From an uncultured virus (IMG/VR IMGVR_UViG_3300008267_000055) (lineage: Duplodnaviria > Heunggongvirae > Uroviricota > Caudoviricetes): a stretch of 64,000 nt of DNA. The position numbers and the translations under genes are program-made. Under the pieces are notes generated by a model. It did not search any database, was not told where the DNA came from, and worked only from the letters and a program-made list of their open reading frames with translations. How positions within the stretch are numbered: position 1 is the first letter of the stretch; each line of letters opens with the position of its first letter. Shown piece by piece: positions 57,584 through 64,000 of the stretch. The stretch lies in IMG/VR virus record IMGVR_UViG_3300008267_000055; one strand, given 5' to 3'.

Positions 57584-59074
57584 TCACGCAGGCTTTGTCA
57601 ATGGTGGAAGTCTGCGACCATCGACAAAAGCCCCGACAGTATCAATGTCGAACTGCGGTGGAGCAACGTCGTTCTCCAAAATCTTCTGTGCAGCCTGTGA
57701 GAAGAACGCATTGAGCGGGAGATCTGCAATCGGGGTTGCAAGAGGTTCGAGACCACGCTCAACACGAAGCTCGTTCGGCGTTCGGTAGGTCGTAACCGCC
57801 GCCATGTCCATGTCATGCTTTTCGCGCTCGTTGCTGGCGTCAAAGCCAGCGAACTCGAACTTGAGCTGAGGCCACGTCGGCTTGATGACGTAGTAGTCAA
57901 TCCACGATTGGACAGCGCGCAACAGCGGACGAAGACCTCGCTCCTTGGACTGAAGGATTTTATCCATCGGGGAGGCGCTGATGAAATTCGACTTCGAACC
58001 TTCAGCACCGAAGACGTAGCCCATCTCCGATGGGTCGATCGCGTAAAGCGAGCAGGCGACCTTCAGGAGCCAGTTAATCCACTCAGCGAACTCCATCTCA
58101 GCGTTCGACTTACCGAGCGTGACGGCCTCAAGCTCTTCCTGCAGCTGGTTGGACAGCTGAATAATCGGAATACGCTTGAAGTTACGACCACCCGCCATCG
58201 AGGTCTGAATCTCGCGCCGGAACTCGTTAAACCGGTTCTGGTCCCAAGCAGACTTCAGGACGAGGGCCGTGTGGGCGTGAATACCGGTCGTGAAGTTGAC
58301 TTGGTTGAAGGTCTGAGCGTTAACGAGACCAGTAATAATCGACGCTAGCTGCTCAAGCTCGGGATGCCCGTAGCCGGAGAACTTGATGTCAGACCGTGGG
58401 CGGCGGATACCCCAAGCCATGTTGCCTGGCTCGTAGTAGTTCACGATCTCTCCCGAGGTCATGACCTGAACGAAGCCCTCGCTAAAATCCCAACGACCGT
58501 ACCGAGGAGCTGGCTCCCCGCCGTAAATCTCCTGAGTCGGGATAGCTCGGCGAATAGTTTTTGGATCGACTGGGATAAAGGCGTACGGCGTACCGTCCTT
58601 TTCCCGGATGATCTCAAAATTCACCTGGTCGTAGGTGAGCGTGTCCGGAATAATCACGCGAAGGAACTGCTCGAACCCGCCAGGGAGCCACTCCGCACCC
58701 GCTCGGCTGATGACCTCCGCCGCCTTTTCGATGGCGACGCGATCTTTTCGAAGCGGTAGAGACTGGCGCTTATCCATCCGGATTCGCCAGCCGATGTCGA
58801 CCGGGTTCTCTTGGGGTCGCGCCCAGTCCGTGGCTTGGTTTGTTCGCGTCTGATGGATGCCTGCGATCTGCGGGACGCTCGCCATCTGCGACAGCATGTC
58901 GTAGGTGATGCTGAGTGTTCCGTAGTGGTAGTCCCCCGTAGACCCGGTACGGGCCATCAGGTGCGCGTCGTTGATAAAATCAGCGTTGGCGGATCGCGGG
59001 GGAGAAACCGCAACCCACCTACGCCCGACCTTTTTCACCTCGGTGGAGGTGGGCTTGGTGGGTTGCTCTTTCAC
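57584..59074 (-). CDS. Portal protein
   Basis: DTLTYDQVNFE, PVDPKTIR, GYG.PELE, EMEF.EW...L....YAIDPSEMG, SKERGLRPLL, TPNELR..GLEP. Confidence 0.92.
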   Translation of the reverse strand: MKEQPTKPTSTEVKKVGRRWVAVSPPRSANADFINDAHLMARTGSTGDYHYGTLSITYDMLSQMASVPQIAGIHQTRTNQATDWARPQENPVDIGWRIRMDKRQSLPLRKDRVAIEKAAEVISRAGAEWLPGGFEQFLRVIIPDTLTYDQVNFEIIREKDGTPYAFIPVDPKTIRRAIPTQEIYGGEPAPRYGRWDFSEGFVQVMTSGEIVNYYEPGNMAWGIRRPRSDIKFSGYGHPELEQLASIITGLVNAQTFNQVNFTTGIHAHTALVLKSAWDQNRFNEFRREIQTSMAGGRNFKRIPIIQLSNQLQEELEAVTLGKSNAEMEFAEWINWLLKVACSLYAIDPSEMGYVFGAEGSKSNFISASPMDKILQSKERGLRPLLRAVQSWIDYYVIKPTWPQLKFEFAGFDASNEREKHDMDMAAVTTYRTPNELRVERGLEPLATPIADLPLNAFFSQAAQKILENDVAPPQFDIDTVGAFVDGRRLPPLTKPA

Positions 59075-61584
59075 TTGGAAAGCTCCTTCTGGAGGGCCTT
59101 GGAAAATCCAGCGCCGAGGTTCTTGGTCGCAGCGTGAACGGCTACCGCAACTTCAGCAGGAACGTCGTCCGAGGCCACCGCGTACAGCAGCTGTTCGGAT
59201 TTCGAGTAGCTCATGTAGTGGCAGTAGGTCACAGCCTTCTGAAGGTTGGCCTTCAGCCTATCCTGCTGCCACGTCTCAAACGGCGAAACCATGGACTTGG
59301 CGGACTCAGAGGTACCGCGCAACGCGATCTTGATCTTGCGAGCCTTAGCCTTGACGCGATCGATATCCGCAGTCGGAGCTCCTTCCTTCTTCATCTGCTG
59401 AATCTTCAGAAGATAATTGCGGAGCATCTTCTTGCTGGGCTTAGCTTCCTTGGGTGAGTTGGCAGGTCCGTCGCCCTTCTTGTCTGGCGCGTTCTTGTCG
59501 TCAGGCTTGCCCTTACCTTGACCCATCTCATGCCAGCGCCCGCCGCGCTTCTCAACAATCGTACCGTCGGCGTAACGCGAGACAGTTCCTTCGGGAGCAG
59601 ACTGAGGTCCACGAGTAACCCCAGCCTTAGATACACCCGCATGGAGTGCGTTAACCATGCCCTCGAAGTTATTTATAAGAGCCGCGCCCAGGGCCTCGAC
59701 CACCGACATCGGCGGAAGCCCCCCTCGCACGCTCGCTAGCACCCCTTCGGCCAACACTTGCTGAACGCGGGGCTCGGACAAAAGCGTTCGGGGACTTGGA
59801 GACGTTTCCTGGATTTTTGAAGGCTCGGGGGAGGGGGAAACAGTCTTCGAGCTCTCCTCCGCAATCGTCGTCGTCGAGGTCGACTTTTCGATCGGGCTCG
59901 GGGAAGGGGTAGGAGAGGGCTCGTTCGAGGAGATCTTTTCCTCGCTGAGAGAGGTTACGCATTCTGGCTCCTTGACCGTGCTAGCGATCTGCTGAGTGAT
60001 GCCTTTGATAATTTCCGGGGTGATGTCCTTCAGGTACTTGGAAGCCAAGTAGCTGCCGAGGGCCTCGGGGACCTCAATCGACTTGGAAGTCTTTTCGCGA
60101 GACTCCATCTGCTTCACGAGCTTGGCGGACCAAGACTTACCGGCGTTTCCACCCCAAAGCTGCCAAGCCACCCAAGCCGGGGAGGTCTTGTCGCCGAGTG
60201 TCCGCGAGCTGCTGCCGACCGAGTGGCGAGCAAACCACGCGTTCATCTTACGGGCCTTCTCGGGCGAGATTTTCTGACCAGCCGCAAGCTTGCTGGCCCA
60301 AGAAACGGTGGCTGCCACAAGGCCCTTACCGCCGTGGCCCTCCTCCTTGAGCTTCAGCCCAGCGCGGCACGCAGCGCGAACCCCAGCAGGAGGAGTAAAG
60401 TTTATACCGTCGTACGACTTCATGATGTCTTGGTCGCCGTCTGTGATGTCCTTCTCGACATCATCGCCAGCGTCCTCGTCAGACCCAACGTCGCTATCAC
60501 CATCGAGCGCGGCGAGCTCAGCATCAACGTCCATGTCTTCCCCTCGATTTTCGATGTAAGGCTCACGCTTCTTAAACGTATCTGGCCAGTATCTGTGACC
60601 GCCAGCCTCGTCTACCGCTGCGACGGACATGGCTACGGGCAGGTAGACCATTCCGTCCGGGGCTGCGCGGTGGCCGTAATTACGGGCCACAGCGTCCGAG
60701 ACGTTCATGATGACTTGGTTCACGGACGACATTCCCTGATGGAAGTCGACGTCGTCCATTTTCACGGGAGCGCTTTTAGACATGGCGTCAGCAGCCATCC
60801 GCATGTTCGCGTGAGCGCGGATAACTCCGAAATTCACGTCCTGAAGTCCAACCGTAGCGAAGGCCTCGGTTGGCTCGGCGAAAGAGCCGCCGTTGGCAGC
60901 GTAATCCGCGAGGGCTGGGTCGTAAACGTTGGCGATGAAAGCTCCCTGTGAGGGGTGCTCCACCATGAAGTGAAAGCGGTTCGGGTGCATCGAGTCGCGC
61001 GTGTCGGCCTTCTCGATAAAGAAGTCGAGCGAGTGCGACTTCTTAACCTCTCCGCGATAGACCCGCATCTTGTCGGGCGTCAGGGACGTAAAGACGTTAG
61101 GGCGGTGACCCGTGACCATCGACGCGTAAGCCGTAGCGGCGCCTGCGTCCTGCTTGTTCATGAGGCCTTCAAGAGTATCCATGGCCTTCATGATCTTGTC
61201 GTGATACTTACCACACTCCTTGTGAAGCGCGTATGCGCGCTGCGTGTGGAATGCGCGCGTGTAGGACTTCATCGTCTTCCCAGCGCTATTCTTCCACTTC
61301 AAGACTGGCTTGGTGTCGATGTCACCCTCAACGTCGATCTCGACGTGCTCAGGTGCGATCGACTCGTCTGGAACGTGGCCGTCAAGGTCGTACTGACCTT
61401 TCATTCGAGCCCAATGACTTGGCTTAGCGCCAAGGTCATCTGAGTTGCCGTCGCTGGTGGTTCGAAACTTCGACCGACCAGTGCTATCCCCGTCTTGAAG
61501 CTGTTTCCACCCAGAATCGAGCTTCTTCCAGACGGAGTTATCTGCGCGCTGGGACTCGGTTCCGATCGGTGCTCTCTTAGCCAT
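59071..61584 (-). CDS. Head-module multidomain protein with topoisomerase IB-like domain and a WQLWGG phage head domain
   Basis: 837 aa coupled to the portal; R161/R256/H305/Y314 pattern; FTPP..RH..AWQLWGG domain; two APxGT modules; acidic and Pro/Ser linkers. Confidence 0.7.
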   Translation of the reverse strand: MAKRAPIGTESQRADNSVWKKLDSGWKQLQDGDSTGRSKFRTTSDGNSDDLGAKPSHWARMKGQYDLDGHVPDESIAPEHVEIDVEGDIDTKPVLKWKNSAGKTMKSYTRAFHTQRAYALHKECGKYHDKIMKAMDTLEGLMNKQDAGAATAYASMVTGHRPNVFTSLTPDKMRVYRGEVKKSHSLDFFIEKADTRDSMHPNRFHFMVEHPSQGAFIANVYDPALADYAANGGSFAEPTEAFATVGLQDVNFGVIRAHANMRMAADAMSKSAPVKMDDVDFHQGMSSVNQVIMNVSDAVARNYGHRAAPDGMVYLPVAMSVAAVDEAGGHRYWPDTFKKREPYIENRGEDMDVDAELAALDGDSDVGSDEDAGDDVEKDITDGDQDIMKSYDGINFTPPAGVRAACRAGLKLKEEGHGGKGLVAATVSWASKLAAGQKISPEKARKMNAWFARHSVGSSSRTLGDKTSPAWVAWQLWGGNAGKSWSAKLVKQMESREKTSKSIEVPEALGSYLASKYLKDITPEIIKGITQQIASTVKEPECVTSLSEEKISSNEPSPTPSPSPIEKSTSTTTIAEESSKTVSPSPEPSKIQETSPSPRTLLSEPRVQQVLAEGVLASVRGGLPPMSVVEALGAALINNFEGMVNALHAGVSKAGVTRGPQSAPEGTVSRYADGTIVEKRGGRWHEMGQGKGKPDDKNAPDKKGDGPANSPKEAKPSKKMLRNYLLKIQQMKKEGAPTADIDRVKAKARKIKIALRGTSESAKSMVSPFETWQQDRLKANLQKAVTYCHYMSYSKSEQLLYAVASDDVPAEVAVAVHAATKNLGAGFSKALQKELSK

Positions 61585-61635
61585 GTCGTCCTCGTTGGAA
61601 GTCGCGACTCAAAAAGCCAGCGGCCTTCGGATTGG

Positions 61636-62427
61636 TCAACCAGTTCGGTCTACCTTCTGAAAATCGAAAGCTGCCTTCAGAATGTTAGGCAGTCTAGATA
61701 TTTTTAGGTCCTCTTCCAAGAGGACTTGCGACTCTCGCTCAACTACGACGAAAACATCTCCGCCAGACAGGGCTGTGATGGAGATGTAGAGCCTGCCGAC
61801 GCCCCAAGTAGCGGTTACTGTCTCGCCCATGCAGGATATTTTCGGTTTTCGTATTTGAGGATGCTTGGATTTAAACGTTACGTGCGCGACTGAGCCGTGG
61901 GTGCGCCAGAAAGACAGCGCCAAGTTTCTTCGGTGCAGGGCCGCTTTTGACTTGGTCGTGTTTCGGATGACGATAGCGTCTTCTATAGACATCGGGCCTG
62001 GGTCTGGATGCTGGTTCCCCCAGATCAGGTCCTCTATCGACTCTTTCTGGTACTCGACAGCAGGAGGAGTCTCGTCGCCGTACCACCTAGAGACTGCAAG
62101 CTGAAAAACGCGCATAGCCTCGGAGGCTACTTTCTCATCCGAGAAGTCCGAGGCGTGGCTTCGGCCCATTTCTTTTTGTAGCCACCGCTTAGGATTTTTA
62201 TTCAGGGCTTGAAGACTAAGGTCAGAACACACTTCTGGTAGAGGTTCGTACTTATCTAGCTCGGTAGTATTATTTATCTGCTTGTAGCAGATGTTACAGA
62301 GACCCCTGGCTCGATAAAAAAGCTTCGGAGGAGTACCTCCGCAGTATCTGCACTTAGGGCAGACCTGTGGCCACGGCCTTCCGCCAACATATTCTCCGCT
62401 TTTACGTGGCTTGCTTCTCCGTGACAT
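61636..62427 (-). CDS. Hypothetical protein with N-terminal zinc finger
   Basis: CPKCRYC...GLCNICY; basic N-terminus. Confidence 0.7.
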   Translation of the reverse strand: MSRRSKPRKSGEYVGGRPWPQVCPKCRYCGGTPPKLFYRARGLCNICYKQINNTTELDKYEPLPEVCSDLSLQALNKNPKRWLQKEMGRSHASDFSDEKVASEAMRVFQLAVSRWYGDETPPAVEYQKESIEDLIWGNQHPDPGPMSIEDAIVIRNTTKSKAALHRRNLALSFWRTHGSVAHVTFKSKHPQIRKPKISCMGETVTATWGVGRLYISITALSGGDVFVVVERESQVLLEEDLKISRLPNILKAAFDFQKVDRTG

Positions 62428-62433
62428 GGCGAC

Positions 62434-62462
62434 AAGCTATGCTAGTCAAGAGATTCTTGCAA
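62434..62462 (-). promoter_or_regulatory. Sigma70-like promoter (TTGCAA-17-TAGCTT), probably leaderless
   Basis: -10 element ends 6 nt before ATG 62427; no SD. Confidence 0.5.
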
Positions 62463-62512
62463 TAATCGGTTTTCTGAGAAGCTTTCAATTTTATTTCAGG
62501 CTGTCTTTCATC

Positions 62513-62540
62513 TTGCAGCTGGCGGTGGAAAAGATAAAAT
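62513..62540 (+). promoter_or_regulatory. Sigma70-like promoter (TTGCAG-16-TAAAAT), probably leaderless
   Basis: -10 element ends 7 nt before the parB ATG; no SD. Confidence 0.5.
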
Positions 62541-62547
62541 CCGGCGC

Positions 62548-63354
62548 ATGAAGCAACCAGACATGTTTCTGTGTCCGATCGACGATCTCATCCCCGATCC
62601 AACACAACCACGTCAGTTCTTCGACGAGGAAGAGCTGAAAGCCCTGACTGACAGCATTCGAGAGAAGGGCGTCCTCCTTCCTATTATTGTAAGGGAGCAC
62701 CCTAGGAGCCCAGGTAAGCTTGAAATCGTTGCTGGAGAGCGCCGCTGGCGCGCTAGCAAGCGTGCAGCGCTAGATCACGTCCCAGTCATAAAGCGAGAGC
62801 TCTCAGACAAGGCTGCTTTCGAGATCGCGCTGATTGAAAATACCCAGCGGGCTAGCCTCAATCCTATTGAGGAGGCGCTCTCCTTCAAGCGGCTCTACGA
62901 AGAGCACAACATGCCGTACGTGGAGGTTGCCGAGGTCGTCGGTAAGTCTACGTCTTACGTTAGCAACACGCTTCGCTTGCTAAATCTTGAAGACGCCTAC
63001 CAGCGCTTGGTTATTAATGGTGAGCTTAGCGCCAAGGGCGCTCGCGCGCTGCTAGCAGTTCCGAGCGGAACCTTGCGCGATGAGCTTGCGAACCTCATGC
63101 AGAAGGGTATGGGTCCTGCCGAAGCTGAGACCTGGGCTCGTGAGATGCAGCAACGGTCAACGGCTAGGGCAAGACCCTCTCGCCTGACTGGGCGAAAACC
63201 AAATCAACCACTTTTCGACCTCCTGCTCTCCAAGCTCAAAGAGAGGTATGGTACAGGGGTTGCCCTCGACACGAAAGCAAGGTCCGGATCTGTTTCTTTT
63301 GCTTTCAAGGATTTGCACGGTTTGTACTCTCTGTTTAAGGAGCTGACCAAGTGA
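62548..63354 (+). CDS. parB: ParB/Spo0J-family CTPase DNA-binding protein
   Basis: QPRQFFD, GVLLPIIVR, IVAGERRWRA, ALIENTQR..LNPIEEA, HTH VAEVVGKSTSYVSNTLRLL. Confidence 0.92.
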   Translation: MKQPDMFLCPIDDLIPDPTQPRQFFDEEELKALTDSIREKGVLLPIIVREHPRSPGKLEIVAGERRWRASKRAALDHVPVIKRELSDKAAFEIALIENTQRASLNPIEEALSFKRLYEEHNMPYVEVAEVVGKSTSYVSNTLRLLNLEDAYQRLVINGELSAKGARALLAVPSGTLRDELANLMQKGMGPAEAETWAREMQQRSTARARPSRLTGRKPNQPLFDLLLSKLKERYGTGVALDTKARSGSVSFAFKDLHGLYSLFKELTK

Positions 63355-63896
63355 TGCTGGACTACTACAACGGACTTATCGCGGAAGCTTACGAGATCGC
63401 AGCCCTGAAGGGCTGGCACGATGGGGAAGACTTCCCAATGCTGAACCGGTCGATCATCTCGTCTAAGCTTGCGCTGATTCATAGCGAGCTGACCGAGGCT
63501 TTTTACGACTGGAGCAAGGCTGGTAAGAAAGTCACCGACGACGTGATGCTTGAGCTCTCCGACGTGGCGATTCGCACCTACGACCTTCTCGGGTCCATGC
63601 GGATTCGATTCGGAGAGAACGACTTCGCCAGCAAGCCAGGTGTTACTTCGCCGCAGGATCCAAGCGATTTCGCGATGCAGCTCTTGGACCTGCACTCTTG
63701 CGTCAGCGAGGCTTTGGAAGACCTTCGTCGCAAGGACACCGCTTTTCCAGGCGGAGTCTCGGTGAAGCTGCTTTATCTGCTGACTCTCCTCTACGGGACA
63801 GCCATCGCTCAGGGTTCGGACCTGAGCGTCTTTGTCGCCCGGAAAATGGAGTACAACCGTCTTCGGACGCATCGTCACGGAGGGAAGCTTCTCTGA
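63351..63896 (+). CDS. MazG-like nucleotide pyrophosphohydrolase
   Basis: LALIHSELTEA, ELSDVAIR..DL, KMEYN..R..RHGGK. Confidence 0.8.
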   Translation: MMLDYYNGLIAEAYEIAALKGWHDGEDFPMLNRSIISSKLALIHSELTEAFYDWSKAGKKVTDDVMLELSDVAIRTYDLLGSMRIRFGENDFASKPGVTSPQDPSDFAMQLLDLHSCVSEALEDLRRKDTAFPGGVSVKLLYLLTLLYGTAIAQGSDLSVFVARKMEYNRLRTHRHGGKLL

Positions 63897-64000
63897 TGAG
63901 TGCTGCAAGACTCAATAGGAGCAGGGACCTCGTTAAAGGCCTTCTGCCTGAGATCAGGCAGCACCTGAATGAGTGCCCAGAGACCTCCAAGCTCATACCG
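63896..64000 (+). CDS. 5' part of a downstream gene (partial)
   Basis: TGATG coupling; frame open to the window end. Confidence 0.5.
   Translation, partial: MSAARLNRSRDLVKGLLPEIRQHLNECPETSKLIP

Noticed and set aside
61585..61635. Possible terminator before the polyprotein gene
   Set aside because: Stem is short with a 3-nt loop and G-U pairing; too weak to call
1..64000. tRNA, rRNA, integrase, intron or intein
   Set aside because: No cloverleaf or rRNA-like segments noticed; helicase, polymerase and RecA are uninterrupted and of normal length

Overview
The window is one continuous segment of a large, high-GC tailed dsDNA bacteriophage with a contractile tail (myovirus). Its head, neck and sheath genes resemble the SPO1/Twort-like (Herelleviridae-type) architecture, judged by motif recognition only. 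Plus strand 1-12.3 kb is a replication/recombination operon: DnaB-like helicase, primase, an AT-hook protein, a family A DNA polymerase with an N-terminal UDG-like domain, UvsY-like, gp32-like SSB, RecA, Mre11/SbcD-like nuclease, RuvC-like resolvase and an SF2 helicase. An HNH endonuclease and a 68% acidic microprotein follow. Minus strand 13.2-62.4 kb is the virion and lysis operon. In transcription order it runs: Zn-finger protein, 837-aa head-module polyprotein, portal, protease, scaffold, major capsid, neck, sheath, tube, chaperones, tape measure, baseplate, a large set of adhesin-like fibre genes, and an amidase with membrane lysis genes. ParB and a MazG-like gene start a new plus-strand unit at the right end. 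The leading candidates for new biology are four. (1) The polyprotein upstream of the portal carries a topoisomerase IB-like domain with an R-R-H-Y constellation and many K-S/K-A putative maturation sites. (2) A possible split beta-helix adhesin system: two PATR proteins ending in an uncapped rung, plus a 1702-aa repeat stalk with four cap-like modules. (3) A +1 frameshift (TTT-CGA) in the tail chaperone. (4) A stand-alone hyper-acidic peptide. No database searches were run. The host is unknown. No terminase, tRNA, rRNA, CRISPR array or integrase was seen.
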